This document shows positions 40,944-50,524 of a DNA stretch of 64,000 nucleotides, one piece after another (within the stretch, counting starts at the first letter, position 1; each line of letters begins with the position of its first letter). The notes beneath the pieces were generated by a model. The model had not been told where the DNA came from, did no database searches, and saw only the letters and a list, made by a program, of their open reading frames with translations. The stretch covers positions 186,001-250,000 of IMG/VR virus record IMGVR_UViG_3300049001_000044. One strand, given 5' to 3'. A program made the translations under genes and the position numbers.

Positions 40944-43900
40944 CTATGTGTTTGTGCGTCCAGTTGTGAACTGGAACGCTGTTGGGATTTGGTTCATGTT
41001 GTTTGGCGGTGGTGCTGCTGTCGCCGAGGTATTCGCAGAAGGTTTCTGATCGACCAACGACTGAAGGAAAGCAACTGCCTGTGCCATGTTGGTTGCGATG
41101 CTTTGAAGCTGTGCAAGAGCTGCTTCATCCTTGACATCGAGAAGGTTCTCTCCATCCTGCGTGAGGGTATTTATACCTTTGGTCAGCGCGTCGGTAGCTG
41201 AATCCACCGTCTGAATTTGCTGAGTTGGAGGCGCAATCGGCTGCACTGAAGTGTTCAGTGGGGTTGCCATCGTAGAAGCAAATGGCGAGATCGAATCCAG
41301 CAGAGGAGTCGAAGTCGAAGCATCTGTTGCTGTCTTGATAGTCGTCGAGAGATCGCCCATCGTCGTCGCAAGAGGATTCAGTGAAGAGGTCGAAGTCATG
41401 GTTGTTGCCAAGGACTTCAACGCATCGCTTTGCTTGCCGGTTGCCTTCGCTTGGATTACACCTGCCTCTACGAAGACAGCCTTGATCGCGTCTGCGATTG
41501 CCGTTGCCAGCGTAGGAGTAGCTTGATTAATTCCATCGACGATAGGATTCGCCGGCTTGTCATCAGAGGTTGGCTTCGCAACAGTAGACTTGTCATCCTT
41601 CTGGGGATTGATCATCTGTCCAACGGCCTGGCCGAGCTGCGCAGGTGTCATGTCCTTCTTAGGAGATGCTTGCTGCGCATCTGGCTTTGATTGCGCTGGC
41701 GTAGGAGTTGGGGCAGGCGTAGAAGCTTGCTGCGCATCTGGCTTCTTGTCGCTAACAACTGCGTCAGCGATTGCTTCACCACCAGTCTTGCCTAGCCAGC
41801 TGCCAAGTGCACCGCCAACAGCACCACCAATAAGAGCGCCAACGCCAGGAATTGGGATCAATACCTGACCGATTGCTGCACCTGCGAGACTAGCCGCCAC
41901 ACCACCAGCCGCACCGGTAACTGCGCCAGTCTTCTTCACAGTGGCTTGCTTATCAGTAATCTCGCCCTTCTTACGCTGTTCTTCTGCATCGTCGATGTCG
42001 CCCCACGCTTGATACGCTGCGATGATACCAGCCAGTGGGCCAGCTGCCTTACCCAAAATACCAGCTCCACCCTTGATGAGGCTACCAGCCGCTGATGAAG
42101 CTCCACGAAGCGCACCAGGTGCCGCCTCAGCAACACCAGTTGCTGCACCTCGCACGGCGCCCACCGCAGTTCTACCAGCGTTCATCACGCTTCCAGCTGC
42201 ACCTTCAACTGCGCCGGCGACACGAGGTGCAGCACCACGTACGGCTCCCCATGTACTGCTTGCCGCACCACGAACAGCATTAGCCGCAGTGCTAGCACCA
42301 GTACGCGCAGCGTTGAGTCCGCCAGATCCAATGTTCTTCAGCGCCGACAACAGTCCGCCTGGACCACCCATCAGCAACGATGTGCGAGAAAGCTGGAATG
42401 CGAATGCGACAAGTGCAGCGGTGGAACCGACGATTGCACCAAGGAATGCGTTGTTGATAACACTAGAGACTTGGTTGATCGCCTGACCCAGCACAGCAAC
42501 GGACTCGTTACCTTTCGCTGCTTCGCTCGCCTTCTTCTGCTCGTCAGGATTTACCTGTGCTCCAGCTTCCTTCGCCATCTGGATCTGTTCACCAGATCGC
42601 TGAATTTGCTGCGTTTGGCCGCTAGGCTGAAGATCTTGGCGAAGCTCGTTGTAGATGTCGCCCATTGCGCCATTACCGCTAGCACCATATCCTTCATTCG
42701 TTCTCTTTTCAAACTCCTGGCCAATTTGGCCAGTCAGTTCGGTAAATCTTGCCTGCTCGTCCTTGCTTCTTCTACCCTTAGATGCGAGCCTGTAGACTTC
42801 CATCGCTTGGTCTGATCCCATGCCAGCGAGCATTGCCTGCTGCATAAGCTTGGCTGCATCACCAGTACGTTCAGCGAGACGACCTCTTTGCTGTTCCTGC
42901 TGAGCCTTTACCAGCTCTTGTGCTTGCTGAATTTCCAGACCTTGCGCAACGTACTTAGTACGCAGTTGCACGAGCTCTTGCGCGTACATGTTCCTACGCT
43001 GCGTGTCCATACCCAGCATGATGCCAAAGGCGCCATCGGATTGGAACAGAGTCTTGTTAAGCGCTGCAAATTCCTGCGCAGAAATCTTGACCATTCCAGA
43101 TACTTTCTGGAATTGATCCATCATGGTGTCAGCGTACTTGTTCAGCTCGCCTGGATCCCTGATGTTGATACCTGCAGAGATTGCCGATTCGACAGTTGGG
43201 CCGATAGTTTCGGCCGCCTGCTTCATCGTGTAACCATACTTCTGGAACGTCTTCTGCATCATGCCCATGGCGGCCTGGAACTTCTCAGGGCCATAGATCG
43301 CAAGCATCCGCTTGTTCTCATCCATCAACGCAACGGTCTCCTTGAAGGAGAGACCCAACGCTACAGATGCTTTGTTTACTTGCAGATAGCTGGCAGGGAT
43401 TTGGGCGATGTTGAAGTCAGAAATCTCTTCCCACATCTCCTTGATCTTACGAGCTGCGAACTTGAACGCCGCGGTCGAAGAGAGGAAGTCTGTCACCATC
43501 TTCTTGATGCTGTCCATCGCAGAGAACTGACCAGCTGCGTTGTTCATTGAGCCAATGAACCTACCTAGGGCAGTTTGGAACAGCTGAGTGTTGCGATCGA
43601 TGTTATGCGCAGTGTTACCGAACGTCGATTCAAGGTTTGCGATTTCCTGAGCAAGACCTTCCCAGTCAATGTTCTCGAGGTTACCACGCATCTGGCCATT
43701 TGCGTCAAGGACGTTATGGGCTTCGTTCTGTGGATGGAACAAACCGCGCTCTTGCAACATAGCTGCCATTCTAGCGACCGCATCACGGTTGATAGATGCA
43801 CCATCTTGACCCATCGCAGCTCTAGTTGCTTCTTCAGGAGATAGGTGATCACCCGGTGAGACGTTGAACTGACGTGCGTTGAAAAGGTCACCAAACGATT

Positions 43901-44636
43901 TGAATCCTGTCTGTGACAGCACTTCCTTCATCGACGATTCAACTTCACCAATCGTAGAGCGAAGACGCTTGAAGTCCTCAACACCTAGGTCAGTGCGAAG
44001 GTTACCCGTTGCCTTATCGAATACTTTCAGCTTGTCTTTAGTCGCTTTCGACAAATTCTGTAGACCACCGACAGCCTTACCCAACTCGTCAAAGTACGCA
44101 GCTCTTTCGAACTCTTTGAAGTTGTTGATGAGGGTGAGATGCTCAGCATGGAGTAGCGACTGAGCTTTGGTGTTCTTAGCCAATTCATCAGTGAACCTGC
44201 CCATGCCGGCAACGATCAAGGTTGCTTGGTTGTTCAGCGCTGCCGCGGACGTGCCGAATTTATCGATACGTTCGGTCATGTGATGCATAGAATCAGCACC
44301 TTCAGACCATGAAGTGCGGAGCGCTGCTAGATCCTCGTTGGCGTCAGCGACCTCATTCGATAGGTCGCCAGATACCCGCAAAAATCGCTTAGCCGCTTGG
44401 TCATATCCTTTCGCTGCGCGCTTTGCGCTTTTGAACGCTATAGTTCCTCTGCGCAGCGAGATATCATCATCGTCATCAAATAACGATGAGGCAGGTGTTT
44501 GTCTTGGTCGTCCGCTCGGAGTAGTCCTGTGGCCGAACGATTGCTGGCCACCCATCTGACCCAATGAACGGGTAAGCGAGGCAATATTTTGGTTGAGTTC
44601 TCTCAACGCGCGGAGGCTATCTTCTTCAATTCCCAT
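40944..44636 (-). CDS. tape-measure-like tail protein
   Basis: ~1230-aa helical, Ala/Gly-rich; likely start MGIEEDS; divergent from gp26; TAG stop. Confidence 0.7.
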   Translation of the reverse strand: MGIEEDSLRALRELNQNIASLTRSLGQMGGQQSFGHRTTPSGRPRQTPASSLFDDDDDISLRRGTIAFKSAKRAAKGYDQAAKRFLRVSGDLSNEVADANEDLAALRTSWSEGADSMHHMTERIDKFGTSAAALNNQATLIVAGMGRFTDELAKNTKAQSLLHAEHLTLINNFKEFERAAYFDELGKAVGGLQNLSKATKDKLKVFDKATGNLRTDLGVEDFKRLRSTIGEVESSMKEVLSQTGFKSFGDLFNARQFNVSPGDHLSPEEATRAAMGQDGASINRDAVARMAAMLQERGLFHPQNEAHNVLDANGQMRGNLENIDWEGLAQEIANLESTFGNTAHNIDRNTQLFQTALGRFIGSMNNAAGQFSAMDSIKKMVTDFLSSTAAFKFAARKIKEMWEEISDFNIAQIPASYLQVNKASVALGLSFKETVALMDENKRMLAIYGPEKFQAAMGMMQKTFQKYGYTMKQAAETIGPTVESAISAGINIRDPGELNKYADTMMDQFQKVSGMVKISAQEFAALNKTLFQSDGAFGIMLGMDTQRRNMYAQELVQLRTKYVAQGLEIQQAQELVKAQQEQQRGRLAERTGDAAKLMQQAMLAGMGSDQAMEVYRLASKGRRSKDEQARFTELTGQIGQEFEKRTNEGYGASGNGAMGDIYNELRQDLQPSGQTQQIQRSGEQIQMAKEAGAQVNPDEQKKASEAAKGNESVAVLGQAINQVSSVINNAFLGAIVGSTAALVAFAFQLSRTSLLMGGPGGLLSALKNIGSGGLNAARTGASTAANAVRGAASSTWGAVRGAAPRVAGAVEGAAGSVMNAGRTAVGAVRGAATGVAEAAPGALRGASSAAGSLIKGGAGILGKAAGPLAGIIAAYQAWGDIDDAEEQRKKGEITDKQATVKKTGAVTGAAGGVAASLAGAAIGQVLIPIPGVGALIGGAVGGALGSWLGKTGGEAIADAVVSDKKPDAQQASTPAPTPTPAQSKPDAQQASPKKDMTPAQLGQAVGQMINPQKDDKSTVAKPTSDDKPANPIVDGINQATPTLATAIADAIKAVFVEAGVIQAKATGKQSDALKSLATTMTSTSSLNPLATTMGDLSTTIKTATDASTSTPLLDSISPFASTMATPLNTSVQPIAPPTQQIQTVDSATDALTKGINTLTQDGENLLDVKDEAALAQLQSIATNMAQAVAFLQSLVDQKPSANTSATAAPPPNNMNQIPTAFQFTTGRTNT

Positions 44637-44667
44637 GGGAGGTGTTTCCTGAGTGACTGACGTACGG

Positions 44668-44692
44668 ATAAATAGATCTAGCAAGTATTTAT
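44668..44692. promoter_or_regulatory. divergent late promoter pair (ATAAATA on + at 44668, on - at 44692)
   Basis: Lies between the tape-measure-like and gp26-like genes. Confidence 0.55.
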
Positions 44693-44730
44693 GGTTGCAC
44701 CAGATTATAGAAAACACACATAGGAATCCC

Positions 44731-45519
44731 ATGTCAGAACAGAACAACCCACTACTGTCCAAAGTTAAACTCCCAGGACGAATCTTCCAACTCCCTTCGC
44801 TAGGCCTCTTCTACAAGAACGGTGAGCTGAGTGACAACGTTTCGAACGGTGAAGTCCACGTTCGACCTATGTCTGCACTCGCAGAAATCCACATGAAGAA
44901 CCCTGACCAGCTGTTCTCAGGTCAAGCGGTTGCAACGGTCTTTAGAGAGTGTGTCGAAGGCGTAGAGAAACCAACTGAACTGCTGGCCAAAGACGTCGAT
45001 GCGATCATGATGTTCCTCCGCACTGTTACGTATGGTCCTGGCTATGAGTTCGCTGCAAAGCACTACTGCGAGAATTCCAAAGATCACACCTACATCGCTG
45101 ACGTGGATCAGTTCATTGCATCAACCGTTGCGATCGATCCTACCGTCGTAGACAAGCTCTACACCGTCGAGGTACCAAATGGCCAAGTCGTCAAGATGCA
45201 GCCATCCCGTTATGCAGACGTTGTCGCTCTACTGAAAGCAAACCAAGGCAAGGACGAGATCACTGTTGAGGATGCGAAAGCTAACCTCATGATGATGCTG
45301 AACTCGGTCGTTACCGAAGTCGATGGCATCACCGACAAGAAGATGATCGATGAATGGCTGCGTCAGATCCCAACCACCTACGTCTCGCTCATCGCAAGCA
45401 AGATCGAAGGCATCAACAACTGGGGTCCTACGATGAGATGGAAAGGGAAGTGCCGTGATTGCAATGGCGACTTCGAAGTTGAACTGCCAATCAACCCAGT
45501 GTCTTTTTTCACCGAATGA
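44731..45519 (+). CDS. gp26: baseplate hub subunit (gp26-like)
   Basis: LPSLGLFY...VRPMSA..E...D.DAI...LR..TYG...C..C...PINP..FF. Confidence 0.8.
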   Translation: MSEQNNPLLSKVKLPGRIFQLPSLGLFYKNGELSDNVSNGEVHVRPMSALAEIHMKNPDQLFSGQAVATVFRECVEGVEKPTELLAKDVDAIMMFLRTVTYGPGYEFAAKHYCENSKDHTYIADVDQFIASTVAIDPTVVDKLYTVEVPNGQVVKMQPSRYADVVALLKANQGKDEITVEDAKANLMMMLNSVVTEVDGITDKKMIDEWLRQIPTTYVSLIASKIEGINNWGPTMRWKGKCRDCNGDFEVELPINPVSFFTE

Positions 45520-45740
45520 TTAGTGCTGGCGACATGAGAGCGGTTCAAGGTCTCATCCACCGTCTAGGTGTAGAGATCAAATCGCTCATCAAGTCGTCGC
45601 TGGAAATTTCCTACTTCAGCCGAGGAGCATGGCAGTACGAGACAGTCCTTGCGATGTCTGCTGGTGAAAGGGAGATGGCCGTAGAGTTCATCAACGAACG
45701 TCTAAAGGCCGCAGGAAAAATGCAGCATCCAGTCTTCTGA
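45516..45740 (+). CDS. baseplate hub assembly chaperone-like protein
   Basis: Small ORF after gp26; Y..VL.MS..ERE motif. Confidence 0.55.
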   Translation: MISAGDMRAVQGLIHRLGVEIKSLIKSSLEISYFSRGAWQYETVLAMSAGEREMAVEFINERLKAAGKMQHPVF

Positions 45741-45782
45741 TCTGTCCTGGAATTCAGACACTTGCAAGGGACACGCAAAAGA

Positions 45783-45805
45783 AAAGGGAGCCATTGGCTC
45801 CCTTT
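45783..45805. terminator. bidirectional terminator
   Basis: AAAGGGAGCC/GGCTCCCTTT between convergent genes. Confidence 0.75.
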
Positions 45806-45813
45806 GTTGTTTT

Positions 45814-45899
45814 GAGCTTACCAGAGGTGCTCAGAGATGTTCAGACGACTTTGACACTAGCAACTACATCTCATTGTTAGGAGGTCTCTCAGCACCTCT
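45814..45899. repeat. dispersed ~85-bp element, copy 4
   Basis: GAGCTTACCAGAGGTGCTCAGAGATG...GAGGTCTCTCAGCACCTCT. Confidence 0.7.
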
Positions 45900-46234
45900 T
45901 ATTCGTCGACAACTTCACCGCTCAGACCATCACGGTCATGATACACCGCACCATGCTCGAAGTGGTAGATGCTTTCGGCATTCTTCCCATCGTTCAGGAC
46001 GATCTCACCACGGCTGCCACCCACGATCGAGAGAATTTCCCCGGTGAATTCAATGATCTCCTGGAAGTCGGAGTTATCCTCAACCCAGTGGTATGCGTCA
46101 TGAGGGGTATTGAACACCTTGTAATCAACGCCATCACCGCCTGAGCACGCCAGATAGCGCTTGTTATTCGGGGATTCGGTGAGTGTGGTCTGGGTCTGCA
46201 TACCCGCGAGTTTGCGAAGCTTATTTTGATCCAT
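45899..46234 (-). CDS. putative head internal protein with N-terminal LRKLAG
   Basis: MDQNKLRKLAGM...LTE. Confidence 0.7.
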   Translation of the reverse strand: MDQNKLRKLAGMQTQTTLTESPNNKRYLACSGGDGVDYKVFNTPHDAYHWVEDNSDFQEIIEFTGEILSIVGGSRGEIVLNDGKNAESIYHFEHGAVYHDRDGLSGEVVDE

Positions 46235-46304
46235 ATGATTTCTCCTGGAGGATAGAGATAAAATCAGTATTTACTATAATTCTAATTTTATCACACATTC
46301 GAAT

Positions 46305-46631
46305 TTAGATTTTGAAAGTTACCCAAGAGGAATCCTTGATGTAAACCTTTGCATCCCACATGTATTCACCGGCTTTTTCACCGTGGCCAATGTAGGTCGC
46401 AAACTCAGATTCCCTGACAAAGTCCCTCATCACACCGGAGAAACCCGCGAATGCAGTCCTTGTCACCCAACCAAGTCCATTCTCTACAGTGATGTGGTGA
46501 ACACCTTCAGAATCTTTCCAGTGTTCGATCTCGCCATGGTGAGGGAAGGCTTCCTTGATTGCTTTCTTGATTTGGGAGAGAAGCTTTTTGACTTGCTTCT
46601 CTTCACGTTCAGCTTGATTGACCAGTGCCAT
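46305..46631 (-). CDS. hypothetical protein
   Basis: GGAGG RBS, 108 aa. Confidence 0.7.
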   Translation of the reverse strand: MALVNQAEREEKQVKKLLSQIKKAIKEAFPHHGEIEHWKDSEGVHHITVENGLGWVTRTAFAGFSGVMRDFVRESEFATYIGHGEKAGEYMWDAKVYIKDSSWVTFKI

Positions 46632-46665
46632 GCTACCTCCATGTTATCAACATGGAAGCATTATA

Positions 46666-47202
46666 TCACAGTTGCGTTACGAAGATCGTGTTTTCAGAAG
46701 TGAATGGATTTTGATGAATGTCTACCCCACGATTACGAAGGAACAAATTCAGTTCCTGCAAGGCGATGTCACGCGTCATGTCCTTATCGCGGCTGCAGGT
46801 AAATTCATACCATTCATCTTCCTCGCTCACGTCGTATGGTGAGTTGTCGATCATGAAGACTGCTCGCTCCACTCCACCCTTCTTGTACTGGATAAAAGCT
46901 GCCCCATCGGTGTTGAAGATACCGCCACATCGACCATCGCCGAAAATCGTGAAGGTCTCATCCTCATTCTCGAGCGACAGCACCTGGTTGATCCCACCAT
47001 TAGCAATCTCCAGCACTACGATGTTACGAATCTTGTTGAATGTAAACGTGGTCACTTCTTCCAGATCGTACGCTTGGACCACATCCTGCCAATTTTGGTA
47101 CTCACCACCGTCCAGGTACATTGCGCGGAACGAGTTGTATCCTACCGCTTCCGCCAGCCCAACTTCATCTGCTCGGCACAGCCAATTACCAACCTTGATC
47201 AC
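46666..47202 (-). CDS. hypothetical protein
   Basis: 178-aa ORF in operon. Confidence 0.65.
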   Translation of the reverse strand: MIKVGNWLCRADEVGLAEAVGYNSFRAMYLDGGEYQNWQDVVQAYDLEEVTTFTFNKIRNIVVLEIANGGINQVLSLENEDETFTIFGDGRCGGIFNTDGAAFIQYKKGGVERAVFMIDNSPYDVSEEDEWYEFTCSRDKDMTRDIALQELNLFLRNRGVDIHQNPFTSENTIFVTQL

Positions 47203-47699
47203 TTGAGAATCCTTTCAATGAAGTCCTTACGATCGTACTTCCTTACTTCGCAGTTCTCAACACGATAGCCACGTGGGTCCAGCACGTCCATCAAAACACC
47301 GTGGCAGAAGATAATGAGGTCGAACTCATGAGCATCGACGACTCGCTTAACACGATCAACGACGAACTCCCTACTCTCCGTGTTGACGTAATCTTCTGGG
47401 TCATGCTCAGACGGTTGGTGCCAGCACTCATTCACTCGCGAATCAACGACGATGGGGTACCCCATGCCGAACGTTGCGATCTCAGCAGTGAGTTGAGTGC
47501 GCTTATGCTTGGAGGCGATGATGGTGGTGTGAGTACCAAATCGATCCTCATTCATAATAGAGGGCAGGGTCTTGTGCAGAGCTAGCGCCTGGTCGACGCC
47601 TTTTGGCGTCAGAATGTTTGCGTGGTCAGGGACGTCAAAGTACCTGGAGTCGGCGTTTGCCAGACACTCACCGTGTCGAATCAAGATAATGCTGCTCAT
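47199..47699 (-). CDS. histidine phosphatase (PGM-like)
   Basis: LIRHGE, LT..G..QA, R..TA and HG motifs. Confidence 0.85.
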   Translation of the reverse strand: MSSIILIRHGECLANADSRYFDVPDHANILTPKGVDQALALHKTLPSIMNEDRFGTHTTIIASKHKRTQLTAEIATFGMGYPIVVDSRVNECWHQPSEHDPEDYVNTESREFVVDRVKRVVDAHEFDLIIFCHGVLMDVLDPRGYRVENCEVRKYDRKDFIERILK

Positions 47700-48985
47700 A
47701 CTACTTCCTCTTCAGTTGGAGTCTCGGCTGAGACTCGAATGTTTGTCTTCTCTTTTACCAACTCCACAAGCTCTCGCTCTGATAGGTTGGTGATCACACC
47801 GTCTAGTCCATCGTGAAGCATCAGACCAGTTTGACCAATCGCTTCCCAGATCTTGTACCTTGCTTCCTTCTCCCACTGGAAGTAGAGTTGGAAGATTTGC
47901 TTCTGCGCAAGACGCGTTGGCTTGCTGTTCAAGAGCATGATGCACAGCTCGCGCTTAGCACTCCTAAATTGCTTCGCGATGGATTGAAGGCGTTTACCGC
48001 TCTTCATCATCTGTGTAGGAGAAACTTCAGGCGCAGCTTGACGCACGATCATGACTGCTTCTGGTAATCGTCCATCACCAACCATCAGCTTAGGAGATGC
48101 ATTTGAACCATTCGCCAATGCCATGATCAACTTCTTGACAGTGGAGATGTTCTCGTTTGTTGGTGGCCGATGCAAAATCTCTAAGCACAGCTCTTCCCTG
48201 AACTTCTGTTTGTCGTATGCTGCACGGAGTAGGTCTGGGTACTTCAAACGAAGTTGCTCCATTTTGCCTTCATGCTTCTTCTCTAAATGGTCAAGAAGGA
48301 ATTGGCAGAATGCATTCTCGATGTCGATGGTTGCCCCAAACATCTCAGTCCTCAGCCATCCAGGCCATGTCTCGATGGCACGAATGGGCCAGACAGAAGT
48401 GTCGCGAGCCTGAAGTTTACCGGCAGGGCGATAGTAGAAAGTGACGGGACCTTCTTGCTGCATTAGCCAATCGATGGCTGGCATCAGCTCTTCCCTCTCT
48501 TCTTCCTTGATGCGAACACGTATCAGTGGGAGGTTGTTCTTCCTAACGCTCACGGTGGTCTGCACTAGGGTCTTGTTCGTAGGAGGAAGACCTGGATTGA
48601 AGGTAATTCTGGATGCGATCTCTTCGATCGCCTCTACGTATTTCAGTGGTAGTCGTTTAGGAGTAACGAGGGTGGGAGACTTGTTCATCCCATCCTTCAA
48701 GTTGAAACCTAGGCGAGTGATGGTGAAGAACTTCTCGATGATGATCTTGGCGTCCCTCACTTCGTTCGTGAGAGCTGTCATGATCAACTCCTCGCTTATC
48801 ATGCCAGGAGTCTTCAATTGTTTCTTCACCAGCTTGTACCATGCGAAGGCGACAGAGACGATCATCTTCTGTCGCTTCTTGCGGTTAGTCCACCACATCC
48901 CTTGAAGGTCAAAGAAGTGACCAACGAAGAGAGGATTGTCGCGTCGAATTTCTACGTCAGATTCGACGGTGTGGAAGAAGAGCAT
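47696..48985 (-). CDS. hypothetical protein with family-A polymerase palm-like motifs
   Basis: IDIENA, KKLIMALANG, FQWE and LHDG motifs. Confidence 0.5.
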   Translation of the reverse strand: MLFFHTVESDVEIRRDNPLFVGHFFDLQGMWWTNRKKRQKMIVSVAFAWYKLVKKQLKTPGMISEELIMTALTNEVRDAKIIIEKFFTITRLGFNLKDGMNKSPTLVTPKRLPLKYVEAIEEIASRITFNPGLPPTNKTLVQTTVSVRKNNLPLIRVRIKEEEREELMPAIDWLMQQEGPVTFYYRPAGKLQARDTSVWPIRAIETWPGWLRTEMFGATIDIENAFCQFLLDHLEKKHEGKMEQLRLKYPDLLRAAYDKQKFREELCLEILHRPPTNENISTVKKLIMALANGSNASPKLMVGDGRLPEAVMIVRQAAPEVSPTQMMKSGKRLQSIAKQFRSAKRELCIMLLNSKPTRLAQKQIFQLYFQWEKEARYKIWEAIGQTGLMLHDGLDGVITNLSERELVELVKEKTNIRVSAETPTEEEVV

Positions 48986-48986
48986 C

Positions 48987-49427
48987 TTAACGCCTTAATG
49001 CATGAGTGTAGTTGATGAATGCGCCATAAATGGCAGTGTGGTAGAACGCCATCGCGTTACTCGATTTGTCAGGGTTGAAAACCAAGCAAGTACGAATCAA
49101 GATGTTCGTTGCGTGCACGAACATATTATCACGCTCATCATCACTAAGAAACGCGAATCTGTTCTGCTTTCGCTCGTACACATGGCGGGTGAACTCTGCA
49201 ATCAGATCACAGAGGCGTTCATTTGGCGAACCAACTTCTTTGCTCTTTGCGATCTCTTGCAAGAAAGATTCATTCCAGGACTGTAGGGGAGTGAGGATAC
49301 CACCAGTGATAGGAATTTCAGGAATCTTTGGACCTGCTGAGATACGCCGTTCTACTGGCGTATCTTCTCTGCACGTACACATATCGTAGCGTTCATGGCA
49401 CTTAGAGCAGCTGTAGTGGTCACCCAT
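48987..49427 (-). CDS. short gp55-like sigma region-2 paralog with Cys-rich N-terminus
   Basis: FNPDKSSNAMAFYHTAIYGAF aligns with gp55 FNPEKSANPFSFYTTAIHNSF. Confidence 0.6.
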   Translation of the reverse strand: MGDHYSCSKCHERYDMCTCREDTPVERRISAGPKIPEIPITGGILTPLQSWNESFLQEIAKSKEVGSPNERLCDLIAEFTRHVYERKQNRFAFLSDDERDNMFVHATNILIRTCLVFNPDKSSNAMAFYHTAIYGAFINYTHALRR

Positions 49428-49988
49428 TCATTGTACCTCTTTGTAGCGTTTACGAAAACCCTCAATCAGCTCATCAAGCGAGTCAAATGTGGGGATGTTG
49501 TTGCGCTGACACACGACGTCCACGTTACCCTTTCGCCAGAAGCCGTCAGGGCAGCAAACAAGCAGCTTGCCAGACTTGGCGAACAGACCTAGCTCCATGA
49601 GGGAGATAGGCGAGAGAGTTTTTGTATCGAAGTAAACAACAGCAATCGTTGCGGCCTCCAGCATGTCCAACTCCCAATTCACTTGCTCGACGAAGTGCGG
49701 ATTATCCAAGCTTTGTTCCCAGCTGGAGTCCCAACTATCGCGACGAGGATTCATAACGATCAAATCCAAGTCACTCACTTCGTCTTCGAATTTGGTTTGC
49801 CAATCCACCGCCTTGGCCATCTCAATGCTTCCTGCTAAGAAAACACTCGTCTTGTAGGGAAGCATTTCGTCTGGCCTGACAGGTGGCTTGAAGACGTTCA
49901 GCCCGCGCAGGAGACTTGCAACTTGGGACGGTTTCATATTCATCTTCATCACCTTACTTGGTATGGGAGGAGGCGTGCCTCCTCCCAA
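49428..49988 (-). CDS. nucleoside 2-deoxyribosyltransferase-like protein
   Basis: VFLAGSI..WQ...NPRR...QVNWE...SPISLMELG. Confidence 0.85.
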   Translation of the reverse strand: MGGGTPPPIPSKVMKMNMKPSQVASLLRGLNVFKPPVRPDEMLPYKTSVFLAGSIEMAKAVDWQTKFEDEVSDLDLIVMNPRRDSWDSSWEQSLDNPHFVEQVNWELDMLEAATIAVVYFDTKTLSPISLMELGLFAKSGKLLVCCPDGFWRKGNVDVVCQRNNIPTFDSLDELIEGFRKRYKEVQ

Positions 49989-50115
49989 TGGTTAGCTTCT
50001 ATCAGCCAAAGATGTAGTAGAGCACAGCCAAGACAAGTACTGCAGGAACGATAATGAGCGTCATCACCATACCCACTGCGAATTGGGCTGCACTAACAGG
50101 AGTGTGGCGTGCCAT

Positions 50116-50418
50116 TTAACTCGCGCGGTGCGAGTGGGCTTGCTTCTTCATCTGTTGGTAGATGGCACGGCCACATGCCGGGTCCAGTGCAACGGTGCCA
50201 CCAAAGACGGTGCCAGCAGGAGCAGTGGTGAGGGTGTTGACCAGCTTGGTGACATTGACGTCCTTGCCTTCTGCATCCTTGGTCTTGCCAACGACGACTT
50301 CACGTTGATCAAGGCGAACGTTGGTGTTGTGAACCAGCCAACCTTGACCAGCGATTGCACCTTGATCCATCAGGTGCTTGACCAGTTGACGAGTGCGTTT
50401 GGCTTTCTTTTCGTTCAT
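50116..50418 (-). CDS. hypothetical protein
   Basis: MNEKKAKR..., C.RAIYQ.MKK. Confidence 0.7.
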   Translation of the reverse strand: MNEKKAKRTRQLVKHLMDQGAIAGQGWLVHNTNVRLDQREVVVGKTKDAEGKDVNVTKLVNTLTTAPAGTVFGGTVALDPACGRAIYQQMKKQAHSHRAS

Positions 50419-50436
50419 GTTATGTCCTATGTATTA

Positions 50437-50524
50437 TGAGAGGTGTTTAGAGAGGCCCAGAGATGTTCGGGACTCTTACGTGATAGCTTACTTAGCGAGC
50501 ATGTTGGAGGTCTCAGAACCTTCC
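50437..50524. repeat. dispersed ~85-bp element, copy 5
   Basis: TAGAGAGGCCCAGAGATG...GGAGGTCTCAGA. Confidence 0.6.

Noticed and set aside
41660-41750. Direct repeat KPDAQQAS in the tape-measure-like gene
   Set aside because: An ordinary short intragenic duplication in a low-complexity linker.
46660-46690. TATAAT box upstream of ORF 46305-46631
   Set aside because: It lacks the GTTTT -35 element at the expected spacing, so it was not counted in the promoter class.
575-50524. CRISPR array from the recurring GAGGTGCTCAGAG repeats
   Set aside because: The copies are dispersed over 50 kb with only two boxes each, no regular repeat-spacer run and no cas genes.
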